Positions 36,150-50,284 of a stretch of 64,000 bases of DNA are shown here, one piece after another (position 1 is the first letter of the stretch; each line of letters begins with the position of its first letter). The stretch lies in assembly GCF_963921235.1 (NCBI RefSeq), contig NC_086108.1, positions 78,184,001 to 78,248,000 of the forward strand, given 5' to 3'. The position numbers were made by a program, and so were the translations under genes. The DNA is from Mobula hypostoma. Lineage: Eukaryota. Under the pieces are notes generated by a model. That model was not told where the DNA came from. It did no database searches and worked only from the letters and a program-made list of their open reading frames with translations.

Positions 36150-36930
36150 TAAGTATGAAGATTTGCATTTTGGGAAGTGAAAGCAGGGCAGGATTTACAC
36201 AATCAATGGTAGAGACCTGGGGATTGTTGTAGAACAGAAGGACCTTGAAATGCAACTACATAGTTCCCTGAAAGAAGCATCTCAGGAAGATTAGCCTGGA
36301 TAAGGCGGCATTTGGCACGCTGTGCTTTGTTAGTTAGGGCACTGAGTAGAGCAATTGGGACATCATGTCACAGTTTTCCAAGATGCTAGTGAAACTGTAC
36401 CTGGGGTATTGGGTACAGATTTGGTTACCTGATCATAGGAATGATGTCACTATGCTGGAAGGAACACAAACAAGACTAATGAGAATGTTACCAGGGCTCG
36501 GGGGCCTGAGCTAAAGAGAGAGGTTAGGTAGGCTGAACTTTATTCATTGGAACACAGGAGAGTGAGGGGTGACCTTATAGCAGTGTATAAAATTACAAAG
36601 GATATAGGGTAGATGCACACAGCCTTCTTCCCAGGGAAGGGGAATAAAAAAAAACTAGAGAGTATAGGTTTAAGGTGAGCAGTGAAAGATTTAAAAGAGA
36701 CCTAAGGGGACAAATTCTTCACACAGGGTGGCGCATATATGGAACGAGCTGCCAGGAAAAGTGGTTGAGGCAGGCGCAATACCAATATTTGAAAGACGTG
36801 GATAGGAAAGATTTAGAAGGATGTGGGCCAAATTCAGGCAAGTAGGACTAGCTTACATGGTTGACATGGATGAGTAGGATGGAGAGGCCTGATTCCCTGC
36901 TGTATAGCTCTATGACTCCATGACTCTATC
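36150..36930 (+). mobile_element. Decayed CR1 3' fragment
   Basis: Degenerate LHFG, RDLG, RGDLIAVYKI and FFTQ motifs. Tail ctctatgactccatgactcta. Confidence 0.78.
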
Positions 36931-37688
36931 AGTTAGGACCTTATTGATTAGTAAAGGGTTCAAAGTGCTGAATGATCGGCTGTTTTTCCTACATTCCATG
37001 TCCCAACAATGAATGCACTATGTTAATGCAGGAAATAAGTAACAATTGACTTGTAGTCTGCCTCAGAATTCACTTCCACCTTTTTCAATAGAATTGAATT
37101 TTGGAAATGGAATATCAATTTACCAAACAGTGATCTAATTGGCAAATCATGACGTTAGTCTTTAAATTAATATCCATTCTCTTAAATGGATGAGATGTCA
37201 CAAAAACAGATTGGTAACTTCTTAACTAATGCCTTTCAATGAAGTAACATTCACCTAATTTAGTTACTTTCTAAGCTTTAATTGCTTTGGCAAGTTTGAA
37301 TGTTGCAAAGAGAACAAAGGTTAACTGTGCCCAATTTTTTGAGAGAGTTTTTATATTGTAATCCCTGAATGAAGCACAGAATGGGAACCGTCTGGAGCTC
37401 GCGGAGCTGGCGTTCTTTGCCTCTACCGGGAGCTGAAGCTGTGCTTTACTCCTCATTCCAGGAATTGACTACAGACGGAAATTTACTCAAGCAGACCAGC
37501 CTCAATCCCCCTCTGACCCTGTGCCATATGGAGCCGGCAGCTTTGAGATGAAGAGGACAAGAAAGACAGCTGTGTCTTTTATTTCTCCCTCTCCCTGTGG
37601 AAATATACTCTGGCTTTATTTTCCATGCATTAATTGCGAGTTGCTCGAAAGTTAAACTCTTGGTTAGTTTCTACTGGTGATTTCTTAT

Positions 37689-37972
37689 GGGCACAATGGT
37701 AGCATAGTGGTTAGCATGACACTATACAGCTTGGGTCATTGGAGTTCAGAGTCCAATCTCAGCGTCCTCTGTAAGCATCCCCACAGAACACATGGGTTTT
37801 CTCCGATTCTTCAGTTTCCTCGACCAGTCCAAAGACATACCGGTTACTAGGTTAATTAGCCATTGTAAATTGTCCTGTGATTAGGTTAGGGTTAAATCGA
37901 GGGTTGCTGGGCAGTGTGGCTCGAAAGGCTGGAAGGCCCTATTCCATGCTGTATCTCTAAATAAATAATAAA
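37689..37972 (+). mobile_element. tRNA-derived V-SINE (HE1-like) with CR1-type tail
   Basis: A-box-like tggtagcatagtgg, V-domain-like gggttttctcc..agtttcctc..cagtccaaagac, 3' aaggccctattccatgctgtatctct(aaat)n. Confidence 0.75.
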
Positions 37973-39009
37973 GCTCTGAGAATGGGAGCTTAGTAGTGTC
38001 AGTGATAAGGGAGCAAATTGGAACTGTTTTGTTGGATGGCTACTGTCCTTGATAAGAGAGCGGTGTAGATTACAGTGATAATTACAGTGTAGATAGACAG
38101 CATCAAATGTGGCTCCAACCTTGGAATTCATTATTTGTGGTGGAATTACTGAGTATTTAAAGATTGATAAGATAATAAAAAGACAACTAAGATAGCTGTA
38201 GAAAAAGCAATTTCGCTTGACAAGTATAATTACATTTTTTAAGAAGGGACTGTGTGTGTTCATAAAAGGAACGTGGCTGAAATATGCATGGATTATCAGA
38301 AGCTATTGTGTAAAAATCCTTTTCAGATGTTTGTAGGTACAGACTAATACACAAAAAGGTGACACAAGTTAAAGGCTAATTGTCGGGAAATAAAATGTGC
38401 GTTACTATAAAGGAGAAGGGTTATAAGGAATGTAATCCATTTTTGTTTTGATTATTTGTGTGTAAATAATTTAGATCTGGGCACAGGGAGATCCATATAA
38501 ATATTTTGGGGAACAAATAATGAGTAGCATTGATAAGGACTTGGTGGTGAATGGGCAGTTTTTATTAATTAGGAACAGGCATATTCAGGAAGGAAAGGCT
38601 AGGGTTGGGATGGTGATTACATGCTGAGCGAAAAGCTGCAGAGGTGTTCTAGCTTCCTCTCTCATGCTGCTAGTGGAAACAATAAAATAATCATGGGCAT
38701 TTCAAACAGCAGCACAGCCTTTCTTCATTTGTTCTGTAAAACTACATAACCTTTAAAAGTTCTGTTAAATCTCACTTGAATACTCCAAAGGAAAGCTGAA
38801 ACTTCGCCATATCCACCTGAATGCAGATAGCTAAGGTCATTGAGAGGTTTATTAAATAGTGAGGTTAAGTAAAGGAAAAAAGAAATTACATTAAGTTGAA
38901 CAAGACAGTGAAAAAGCCTTCGAGAGAGTTCAATACATAGTTTTGTAGGGCATGCTGAGCTACAGATTGAGCATTTCAGTCTGTGAAGAGTACTGCACTA
39001 TTTAGTTAC

Positions 39010-39300
39010 CTTGTGAGCAGTTTGGGTCCCATATCTCAGAAAGAATGTGCTGTCATTGGAGAGGGTCCAGAGGAGGCTTACAAGAATGATCCCAGGTATG
39101 AAAGGGTTTTCCATATGTCTCTGGGCCAGCACTCGCTGGTGTTTTGGAGGATCTCATTGAAGCCTACTGAATATTAAAAGGCCTAAACAACGTGGATGTG
39201 GAGTAGATGTTTCCAGTAGTGAACAAGTCTAGGACCAGGGGGCACAGCCTCACAATAAAAGAGTGTCACTTTAGAACAAATGAGGAGAAGTCAGAGGGTA
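39010..39300 (+). mobile_element. CR1 RT C-terminal fragment
   Basis: cagtttgggtcccatatctcagaaag..ttggagagggtccagaggagg, homologous to the other CR1 copies here. Confidence 0.7.
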
Positions 39301-39529
39301 GGATTCATTCACAGCTTATGACTATGATCCATAATTAACTTGTGAGTAAATTCTCAACTGTTTACTTAATCTGTACAGTCTGTATCTGTAACAGATATCA
39401 ATAGATACTCAGTTACTTTGGCATTAATTGGGAAACCAGATCTAGTATAGACTCTATTCTAAACTCAGGCGGTAGTTAGGGATGGGTAATGGTTGCTACC
39501 TTTGCCAACAAATTTAAAAAAAAATGAAC

Positions 39530-40140
39530 ACCATGCACAAAATGTTGGAGGAACGCAGCAGTTCAGAAATTACTGTAATTTCTTTTTATGGAAATGAATA
39601 AACGGTTGACGTTTACCCACCTGATTTAAAAGATGATGGGGTGGGGAGATGAAGGAGGATTAGCTAAAAAGTGATAGGTGGAGCCAGGTGGGTGGGAAAG
39701 GTAAAGGGCTGGAGAGAAAGGAATATGATAGGGCAGAGTGGACCACAGGAGAAAGAGAAGAAGTGCACCGGGAGGAGGTGACAGACAGATGAGGAGAAGA
39801 AGTAAGAGGCCAAAGTGGAGAATAGAAGAAGTGGGTAGGGGATGGAAAAAAAAATTACTGCAAGAAAAACCTCGATGTTCATGCCAACAGGTTGAAGGCT
39901 GCCAAGATGGAATATAATGTGTTGTTTTTCCACTGGGAGAGTGGCCACATCATGGCAAAAGATGAGGCTGTTGACCGACATGTTGGAATGGGAATAGGGA
40001 TAGGAATTAAAATACAAGGCCGCTGGGAAATTCCCCTCTTGGCAGATGGAACAGAGGTGCTCAACAAAGCGGTCCCCCAATTTATGTTGGGCCTCACCAA
40101 TGTAGAGGAGGCTGCATCAGGAGCACTGAACACAATAGAT
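39530..40140 (-). mobile_element. Old Penelope-like 3' part (GIY-YIG remnant)
   Basis: GDRFVEHLCSI..YFNS..EKQHIIFHLGSLQPVGMNIE, 3' UTR and terminal module. Confidence 0.8.
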
Positions 40141-42471
40141 GATGAATGTCCATTGACATTACATAGTGTATTTAAGCAAAGCATCCAGTCTCTTTGTAAA
40201 GAAAAGTTAACATCCATTGGAGCTTGGAAATGTTGTTGCTTATGATTTTACAGCATTTATTAATTGTTATTAATCATTTTGACAGAATTTCAAGGGCATG
40301 ACCCCAAATTGCCAGCATCACATCAGATTATCCCATAAACAAGAGTATTAGTATCCATGGCAACTGGGACAAAAGATTCAGTTGGTTGAAACATAACATT
40401 GGCAACTGAAACAAAACATTGGTTGAACATACAGAATAAGGTTTTTATTCCAGTAAATTAATAGAAATTCCCAAAATATTGTTTTCTCCACGGGAAACTA
40501 TTTAAATATGGTTATTGCAAAGTGTATAATCATTTGAAAGTGAGATTCCGTTGTAGCTTTATCTCTCTCCCTCCCCTGGAAATTCCATTAAAATTAAAAT
40601 TAAAATTTTATCTCTGCTTTTTATAGCTAAGCTCTTTATGGCTTCTAATGTTCTAAACTACTTTATGCAACTTATTACTTAACAGAACTAGATTTTTTCC
40701 TGAATATTTTTGGTGAAGTAGGATAAGAGAGGCAGAAGGGAAATGAAGGTTGTCAGGCAGTGGGTGTAGTGGTGGATATGACAGATAATGAGCACCAGGA
40801 GATCCTGAGAACATTTTGCGGATTACAGCTGAGATAATACTGGCAACGTGGATGGGGAAATGAAACTGGCTAAATGAAAGAGATTGCCGCTCAGCTGTGG
40901 GAATACACTAGGACCTGCCTACTTGTTTTAATATTTGTTGGGATGCCTGTGAACACATCAAAACGGGAGTCTCATACAGCACTCGAGGAAAAAACTGATT
41001 GTTTTTCTTTATTTTATGATTGTGTCTACCAGAGGTGGTGGAAAAGCCCAACAGAAAGACAACTGAACATGAGAAACAAAATGTTTCTCAGAGGAAATCT
41101 TTTCTAAATAAGCCAATAAGGAGACAGTCACAGTCCCAGTGTCATCAAAAAGCAAGCAAGAATTTGCTTTTACCCAAGGGGGTCAGAAGTAATAAAGAAC
41201 TAAACTGTAGCAATTTAAAGGAAATGTGTACAGTTGAATGAGTGTTCATTGCTCGTATACATGTACAGCTTAAAATTCTTAAAGGACCACCTGCATACCT
41301 GCATTTTCTCTGGGGTTTGAATGATTTTAAGGCTCTACAGCTGAAAGTCCTCCAGTTTATAAACTGCAATTTTTGCTTGCAAGAGTATTCTTAAAGTCAA
41401 ATTGGTTAAACAAAGCAATACATATAACTCATTTAAAAGGATGAAAGTCAAATATTTCATTGCACTACTTTCAGAAATTAACAAATATTGCCTCGCAGTG
41501 TAAAAAATGTAGCCGTGTGCTCTGCCTACCGCCTACTTGACTATCTTTGTGCTGGTAGCTGGAACCAGCTCATTGGAAGTCACAATGCCTGGCACTCTAT
41601 AAAACACAGACTTCCAGCTTTAATTCCATCTTGATTCTTGCTTTTTGCTGAGAGTGCTTATTACTATTGCCAAATTCAGTCATATTGCTGCCAGGTAGAG
41701 CACTAAAACCTACACAACGCCAATGTGTAGATCTCCAGAAATGAACACAAAATATAAGAAAGTAGCCAAGTCAGAAATTCCCAGATCTCACACCTAAAAA
41801 AAACTAAATGCCTAGCAAAGTAGAGCTACACAATTAGGTCATACCCTTTGTTCTTAAGTGTTGGCTGCCAGACAGTGATTCTCTTACTTAATGACTTGTG
41901 GTTTTCAACAGGAATGACAGTAACCACAGAATAAATGACTTAAGCTACTGCAGTGAAAACCCATTCCTATGTGACTTAACAGGCTTTTGAAGAAAGTCAG
42001 TCCAGTCTTTTCTGAAGTGAGGAAAATTAATTTGATACTGACCTTAATTGATAAATCTCAAATCTGAGCTCTAACCATGCTTGTCATGAAATACTGTAAT
42101 GTATTCCAGAAATTCAAAGGTGAAAAACAGTGATAATCTAAATATATGTTTTGAAAATGTAAGAATATAGGAAAATTTTAAACACTATGTTATGATAGTA
42201 AAAATATGATACAGGCGTAGTAAGCTTTAATGTTTCATGTATTTGTAGGCTTGTTACTGTTTGGCTTCTACATTGAGGTTCCTCTACAACAGATTTGAAG
42301 TATACAGGACTGGATTTATACAATGAGCCCTTGAAAATCAAATATTATTATTTGTCCGAGGGAAAGAAGCAATTTTCTCATGGCATATGATTTCCTACAG
42401 CATAGAAGGAGACCTTTCAGCCCATCAATTCAATGTCAGCTCTCAAAGCAACCCTATCAATCTCAATCACT

Positions 42472-42740
42472 TGCAACACAAACAAAATGCTGGGGGAACT
42501 CAACCGGTCAGGCAGCATCTATGGAAATGAATAAATAGTTGATATCTCAGGCTGGGACCCTTCTTCAGGGCTGGAAAGGAAGGGAGAAGATTCCAAAATA
42601 AAAAGGTGGGGGAGGGGAAGGAGGATAGCTAGAAGATGATAGGTAAAGCCAGGTGGGTAGGAAAGGTAAAGGGCTGGAGAGGAAGGAATCTGATAGAAGA
42701 AGGGGAGTGGACCATAGGAGAAAGGAAAGAAGGAAGGTCT
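42472..42740 (-). mobile_element. Old Penelope-like 3' UTR and terminal module
   Basis: gcaacacaaacaaaatgctgggggaactcaac..ggcagcatctatgg..gggacccttcttcaggg (decayed hammerhead). Confidence 0.7.
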
Positions 42741-43199
42741 CCTGCCCTGATTCTCTTGCCATCAATCAGCACTGTATGCAATTCAAGGGAGCAAATTAAC
42801 CAAATAATTGGCACATTTTTGGGATGTAGGAACAATCCTATCAAACAGAGAATATCCAACTTCACATAGCACCTGGAATCAGGCTCAAGCCCATACAGCC
42901 GGAGTCTGTGAGAAGCTTCAGCAACAATTATATACAGTAAATTACAAATATGGTCAGAGGCTCAACTGTGTTTTTCATACAGCTATCTAACTTTCCATTT
43001 CAAAAATTAATAAATGGGTTTATTATTGGCACATATACCTAGGTACAGTGAAGAACCTGGTATGCCATCCAATAGATCATTTTATTACAACCATGCATTG
43101 AGACAGTAAAGAAGAAATCAATAACAGATTGCAGAATAAAGTGTTACAGGGAAAGAGTAAGTGTAGCGAAAGCAGGGAAGGAGGTGTAAAACCATGGCA

Positions 43200-43470
43200 A
43201 TTAGATTAGATTCGCTTTATTTTTTCTCTGTGTACATTGAAACACAGTGAAATTTGTCCTTTATGTCACCAACCAACACAGTCTGCACATGTGTCTGTAG
43301 CAGCCCACAAGTGTCCCCACGCTTCTGGCGCCAACATAGCATGCTCACAACTTGCTAACCCTAATTAAATCATATGTCTCTGGAATCTGGGAGGAAACCA
43401 GAGCACCCGGAGGAAACCCATGTGGTCATGGGGAGAATGTATAAACTCTTTGCAGACAGCGGTAGGAAAT
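43200..43470 (-). mobile_element. V-SINE remnant
   Basis: tgggaggaaaccagagcacccggaggaaaccca is the reverse complement of the V-domain core. Confidence 0.65.
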
Positions 43471-44919
43471 ATCCTATGAATTCCAAGGACCAGTTATGAT
43501 ATTTGGAATTCTTCATGGAATCCCGTTGATGCTTTCATGATATTAATAACAATGTGATGACTCTAGAATAATCATTACCTATGGCAAATAGTGGTTACAA
43601 AGCATGAAGATACTTCCCTTTTGATGGAACATTAAATTAAGTCCCATCGATCCTTTTGGATCGACTGAAGTTATCCTACTGTATAAAATTAATCAAGACA
43701 GTAGAATTGTTATTTATTCCTTAAATATCATTAAAACTGGATTTCAACAAAATGCAAATGCTGAAAATCTAAAATAAAAATAGACAAGTACTCAGAAGGT
43801 ACATCCTAGGAAATGAATGGTAGTGACTCAAACAGCAAAAGAGCAGCAGAGAGTTATATATATGTATATGTTCTTATTTCAGATTATGCTGTTTTCCCAC
43901 CATTTAATTAATCGTTGAATTCAGTGCCATTTCTATTTGAGGAAATCCAGTTCTGATGAAATATCAACAATCTGAAACATTAACCCTATTTTGTCTTCAC
44001 AGATTCCTCCTGACCAGCTAAATATTTCTACCAGTTTCTATTTTTAATTTATTATGACAGATAATGGTGATTAAGTAGCATGCAAATAAATTGGCACCTT
44101 GGCTGCAAAGCCCTCAGGAAACTCACAATATAAATTTATATTTTTCAATATAAATTTGAATGTCTCTTTCATTTAACGTCCCTAGAATTGTGATCTTGTG
44201 ATTGGGGTGGTTACATGGGAAGGTGAGTATTGACAGAAGTTGGGGTATCACTTCATCTCTTGTCCAAGTTGAAGACCCTCATGTGCATGAATTTAGATTG
44301 CCAAATTCAGAGAGAGTTAGCTGTCGGAGGATGCATGGATGTGAGTACTTGAAGTGACACAAGAGTGTTGATCATATAGTTTGACCTGTCCACTGAGTGA
44401 CCATGGGGGTTAAAGAAGAAAAGACATGGTCAAAATTTCAACTACCTCTCTCTGTTTCTGTCCTGCTCTTTCTCACTTCCCCTTTTGCTGTGTTCTCTTA
44501 CGTTGAAAAAGCCCTCAATTCTCTCTTGGATTGTTTTTTGTTCATTTCTGATTTTTCAGCTATCTGCTGTCTCTACTGTATAGCTGGTTGGCTCTATAAG
44601 TGTTGGTACAATTAGCATTTTTTCCTACATAATGACTACACCTTTGGAAGAAAATAAATAATGAATTGGTTATGAACTCTATCAACAGTTATGGTTCTGG
44701 AAGAGAATGCAATTCAAATTGAAAGAATAAATGAATGTAAATGACCAACAATAGACTTAATATAGCTTTTATTTAACTATGTGCTTTTTATAAACTTCAG
44801 AATATTTATGGTCACCTAGCAACACTGGATGTCTGTTTCACATGGAGGTATTAATTTGATTCTATAAAACAATATTTGTATTTTTAAAAATACTTTTATT
44901 TGTATTTGGAAAGGTTAGA

Positions 44920-46130
44920 AGTAGTCATCATGGCTTTGTTCATGGAAACATTTGTCTCATGAATTTGACTGAGTTTTTTGAAGAAGTGACCAGGAGAATT
45001 GTCGAGGGCAGGTTGGGAGAAGTCTACAGGGATTTTAACAAGGTATTTGAAACGATCCCTTACAGTAGTCTTGTCTAGTAGGTTTGAACACATGAGATCT
45101 AGTATTAGGTACTCAATTGAGTACAAAAATGGGTTGGTGGTAGGAGGCTGAGGGTGGTAGTGGAGTGTTGCTTTTCAGATTAGAAACTTATGACCAATGG
45201 TGTGCATAGGGATCAGTGCTGATCCACTGTTGATTGGATGAGAATGTAGGTGGCAAGATCAATACATTTGTAGATGACACCAAGACTGGTGTCACCAGCA
45301 AACTTACTAATCATGTGGACAATGAAGAAGATTCTCTAAGGTTATACTAAGCTACTGATTAAGTGGGAAAGTAGGCGGAGGAATGGCAGATAGAACTTAA
45401 CTCACACAAGCATGCAAAGATCCTGGATAAATTAGGGCAGGATATAGAACGTAAATGGCTGGGCATGGGATGTTTTGTTGATTAGAGAAACGTAGAACAT
45501 TTAGATAGTTGCCTGAAAGTGGCAACATAGGTAGACAGGGTAGCAAAGAAGGTAAATGGGGAATGCTTGTCTTCACGGAGCTTGACGTCATGTGCAGGAG
45601 TTCAGATGTTGTGATACTGTTCAGTGAAACATTGGATAGACCACACTAAGATACTGTGCGCTGTTCTGAACGCCATGCTATAGGAAGGATGTGATTAAGC
45701 TAGAGAAGTCTTAGAAAAGATTCACAAAGATATTGTATAGGCTGTGACTGTTTTCTCTGGAACAAAGGAAGATGAGAAGTGACCTTATAGAGGTTTGTTA
45801 AATCTTGGGGGACATTGATAAGGTAGAGAGTCATAGTCCTTTTCCCGGGATAAGGGAATCTAAATATAGAAGGTATCCATTTAAGGTGAGAGGAGACAAA
45901 ATTAAAGGGGATTTGAGGGACAAGTTTTAAAAAAATGGTGGTGATAATATGGAATGAGGAAGTAGTAGAAGTGTGTACTATCATATTTAAAAGGCATTTA
46001 GCCCAGTAAACGGATAGATGCATTCTAGAGAGAGATGTCCAAATGCAGGAAAATGGAACTAGCTAAGAGTCAGCAAAGATGAGCTGCACCAAGGGGCCTG
46101 TTTCTATATGGTATAACAACTCTATGACTA
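44920..46130 (+). mobile_element. Highly decayed CR1 RT
   Basis: HGFVHG..CLMNLTEFFEEVT, VDDTK, gaccttatagaggt. Tail ctctatgactatgac. Confidence 0.75.
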
Positions 46131-47533
46131 TGACATCGGGATATGTTAGACTGGTTACTAAATATGTTCTCATCTGGTAAAACGAACTTCACCTACATTT
46201 ACTAAGCTTCCACAGAATAATTCCACACATGATTTGTCTTTGATGTTCAAAAGCTCCTTTCACAGACATATAGCACGATCAAATAGGATTACCACCATCT
46301 GGGTGCAGAAAGAGGGTGACTTCCCCTTTAAATTTCTGCCCACCTAAAACGTGTGCTGTATTTATCTGCAGAGTTCAGTGAGTTGTGTTTAATCCCTGAT
46401 TCTTCAGTGCACCATGTGCTGTGTTAGCATGCCAGCTTCCACTCAGTGCATTCACAGTAATCAAGCATGAGTATGATCAAGTGGCGGCAGTACATCTGTT
46501 TACCCTGCAGCACATTTAATGGTAACAGTAGAATATGGAAAGCACAGAAGTTCTGAGTGTATTAAAGTTTGAGAATGGTTTGTCTTTGGATTAACCTTGA
46601 TGTTTTTGCTGCACAGGTTATGTTTGTATCTTTTTGTAAATGCTGGACACATGCAGTTTCTATAGTAATTCAAAGGCTGAACCCAATTGTAATTTCGCTG
46701 CATAGAGGCATCATTAGTGATTAGAATATCATAAAAAAAACAAGTATGTAGTGTTTTTATGTTCTTGATTGTTCCAATCAGGACTCTTTTTAAGAAGAGT
46801 TGGTGCAGTTTAATGCTGATCAACATAAAGGTTGCCAAACCTTGCAGGATGAAGGGCAACTCCTGTTAGGAGTCCTTTCTATCATTAGTAAACATGGCTG
46901 GATCATCCTATGGTGTGATTAGACACACAGAATTGTAGTCTATTTGCTCTGTATTCATTATCCATAACCACAAACAAACAGTCCATTTACCACATCACTA
47001 TAACACATTTCTCAAAGTAGTTGCCCTCAGTAAGATTATGAGGAGAAATTCATCTTCATATTCTTATGTTAGACACTGCAAGTGTTTGGACTGCTTTTTT
47101 TTGTCTCACCCTTGGACAATGCTCTGGCACCCATGTGGCTTCAGCAACCAAAGAATAACTTCTGCAATGTTTGTCTCTTTCTGAGCGCAGACTTGCTAGT
47201 TCGACAAAGGATCAGAACATCTGACCCATGGGACAGTAACTTCCTAGTAATTGCTCTGTCCATTCCTCCACAAACCCTTGGCAGCCCTATCAAACCTGTG
47301 ACAGAGTTCAGCAGTCTCTCCTAGCAATATGCTTGCCACATAAATGTGAGGCATGTCACGCGACTGGTACCTCCCATGTATGCTGATAATGTCAGCATTA
47401 AAAGCACAGCTTCCAAGCTACTCCTCAGATAAAATCCCTGAATGAATAAGGAAATTACAGCATGTTTTGATAAAAGAACAGGACAGCATAGTACAGACCC
47501 TTCAGACTACAATGTTGTGCCGACCTGTTAACC

Positions 47534-48259
47534 CAGGGGTCCCCAACCTTTTTTGCACTACGGACCGGTTTAATATTGACAATATTCTTGTGGACCGGCC
47601 CGGGGGGGGGCGGGGGGTGGTCAAGTAGGGTTAAACTCGCCTCAACATGTCTTTTACAGTTAGGGTTGCCAACTTTCTCACTCCCAAATAAGGGACAAAA
47701 GTAGCAGTCAAATCCCGGGATACTTTACCCCATGAAAGACTACCATGACCATGAAGCCTTGCGCGGGCACCTGTGTGCGCATGCGCGTACGTGCCGAATT
47801 TTTCCCCCGCAAATCGGTTTTGCCTTCATCTTCCCGACTATAAAGTTATTTCTACTTTATATAGGCTGTGTATTTATCATATCATTCCTGCTTTCACTAT
47901 ATGTCGGTGTTACTTATTTTCAGTTTTATGTGTTATTTGGTATGATTTGTTAGGTTATCTTTTTGGGTCTGGGAACGCTCAAAAATTTTTTCCCATATAA
48001 ATTAATGATAATTGCTTCTTCGTTTCATGCCATTTCGGCATGAAAGGTTTCATAGAAACGCTCTACCTTAGCGGGGGAAATACGGAACAAGGGCGGTCCC
48101 GTATGGGACAAACCAATTTAGCCCAATATACAGGATGTCCCGGCAAATACGGGACAGTTGGCAACCCAATGTTCAAGTTCAACAGTGCATGACAGGGAAT
48201 GAGGAAAGGTGCAGCTGACTCGTATCGTTTCCTCACGGCCCGGTGGTTGGGGACCACTG
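47534..48259. mobile_element. hAT (Charlie-like) MITE
   Basis: TIRs caggggtccccaacc / ggttggggaccactg. 8-bp TSD tgttaacc (47526-33) / tgttaccc (48260-67). Inserted into a CR1-type tail. Confidence 0.85.
47661..48169. mobile_element. Internal hAT (Blackjack-like) MITE
   Basis: TIRs tagggttgccaac / gttggcaacccaa, with subterminal aaatacggga-like repeats. No clear TSD. Confidence 0.7.
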
Positions 48260-48476
48260 TGTTACCCTACTCCAAGATCAATCCAATCCTTCCTTCTCAC
48301 TTAGCTTATTTAAACTTGGAGTTTACTTTAAAGTGAAAAGTGGAAAAAAAATAATGCAGATGATGAAAATGTTCAGCAGGTCAGACCACGTCTGTGGGAA
48401 GAGAAACAGAACTAATGTTGCAGGTATATCATTTATTAGTACTTGAAAGGAAACATAAGCAGTTTGAAGCTTTAGA

Positions 48477-48555
48477 CCGAGGTTCCCAACCTTTTTTATG
48501 CCATGGACCCTTACCATTAAACAAGGGTCCATGCACCCTTGGTTGGGAACCACTG
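48477..48555. mobile_element. ~80-bp hAT MITE
   Basis: ggttcccaacc...ggttgggaaccactg, with ctttag on both flanks. Confidence 0.7.
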
Positions 48556-49489
48556 CTTTAGGGAATCTGGGGGAGGAGGATACAACCAGAGCAGCCTTGG
48601 AGACAAGCTGTATGTATACCAGGATATCTGTAAAATGTTATGATTTTGGAAACCAAACAACATCAAATCACATTGCATTTAAAATTCAGCTGCTCAAACA
48701 TCAATCTAATTATATTGTCAACTTCAAAATTATAGAATGCGTTAGAAATGTTGTTCTGACATGTTCACTGCAATTCGATTGACAGAACTGAAAAACCGGC
48801 CAGAGCATTATGATTAATCCTACAAACCAAAGAAAAAATTTTCTGGCTCACTTGTGATATCAGCCAGAGAGCAAGTATATCCACATTTGGCATTATTTAG
48901 AAAAGAGGACTTTGGTACCCTATGTCTCTTGGATGAGAAGTTAGTTTTGCTAAGGAATGTAGTAGCAGCCAGCCTTAGAGAGACTATGGGCAAAAAATGG
49001 TATCCTCCAATCAAAATCATTAGCTCAGCAGAAGCATATGTCCCTGAACTTTAATCAGTTTGCAATAGGTCTTTGGAGACCATTTTTGATTGAATAAATG
49101 AGCAGATATTTCTGGTTGCATAAAGCTCTTTTGCTTCCACTGCTATTTTGTAAATAAGTAGCAGGCTTCTAGAGCGTAGCTGCTTTTATCTGCTCCCCAG
49201 CAAGCTCCACTAACTAGAATTAGTATGAAATATTAACTCCATTTCTCCATGTGCAGACACTGCTGAGTAGACACAGCATTTTATGTTTTGTTTCCAATGA
49301 TGAACATCTGCAGTGTTTTGCTTTTCAAGCAGTGAAAAGATATGTTTTGGAGGGGATGAAATATGCAATAGTTTCTCAGTGGTTTTGGTTTTGTATATAC
49401 AGGGCACAATTTCCAAACTATGAGGAACATAACAATATGCTTCAAAGATATAAACTCCAGCTGATTGACAGGGTGATTAGGTCTGGATG

Positions 49490-50210
49490 AATGTTAATAA
49501 TAGGGAGAGCAAAGAATGAGATATTGACGAATAAAATGGCGGACATAATTCTAAAAGGCATCCAGCAACAGAACGATCTGATGGTACAGGTAAGTAATTT
49601 GTTAAAAATGGCAGGGCAGGTTAAAATTGGACAGGATTCTGGACTTTATAAGTAGAAACAAGAAGTAATAGAAGCAAAGAATTTATGACAAAGCTTTAAT
49701 AAAATATTGGTTCAGCCACAGGTGAGAGTAATCTAGTTTTGGGCAATGTATTTTAGGAAATATGTGAAGGTTTACAAGAGGTACAAAAGAGATTTATTTG
49801 GATGATTCAAGGGTTAAGGAATTTTAGTTATGTGGATAATATGAAAAAGCTTGGTGATAGTTCTTGAAACAGCTGAAGTTGGATGGAGATTATGAAAGAA
49901 ATTACAAGAGTAGATAGAGAGACACTTCCCATTGCCTGAAAGGTCCAGGGATTTGAGGACATAGAATGAAGATGATTCACAAAAGTTTCATGAGGATAAA
50001 CTTTGTTTACACTGTGAGAGATTAATATCTGTGATAAATCTGGATTCAATTGAGATGCTCAGCAAAGAACTGGAAGAGTATCTGCAAAGGAAGTATTTCA
50101 GCACCAAGGGAAAAGACTGGGAGATGGGACGAGCAGGACTACTCTTGCACAGAGCCAGTACAAACTCAATAAGCACATGGGCTCTGTGCTTAACCATTCT
50201 GTGATTCCAT
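49490..50210 (+). mobile_element. Highly decayed CR1 3' fragment
   Basis: Degenerate LYKxLVQP, FWAxYFRK and RVQKRF motifs. Tail cattctgtgattc. Confidence 0.6.
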
Positions 50211-50284
50211 TATAAATTGTCACGTACATGACTGAACTTGTCATTATGTAATTAAGAGACTTCCTGCGATTGATGTAGCAGTAG

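Noticed and set aside
37689..37770. tRNA gene
   Set aside because: Only a decayed tRNA-like SINE head, continuous with a V-domain and LINE-type tail.
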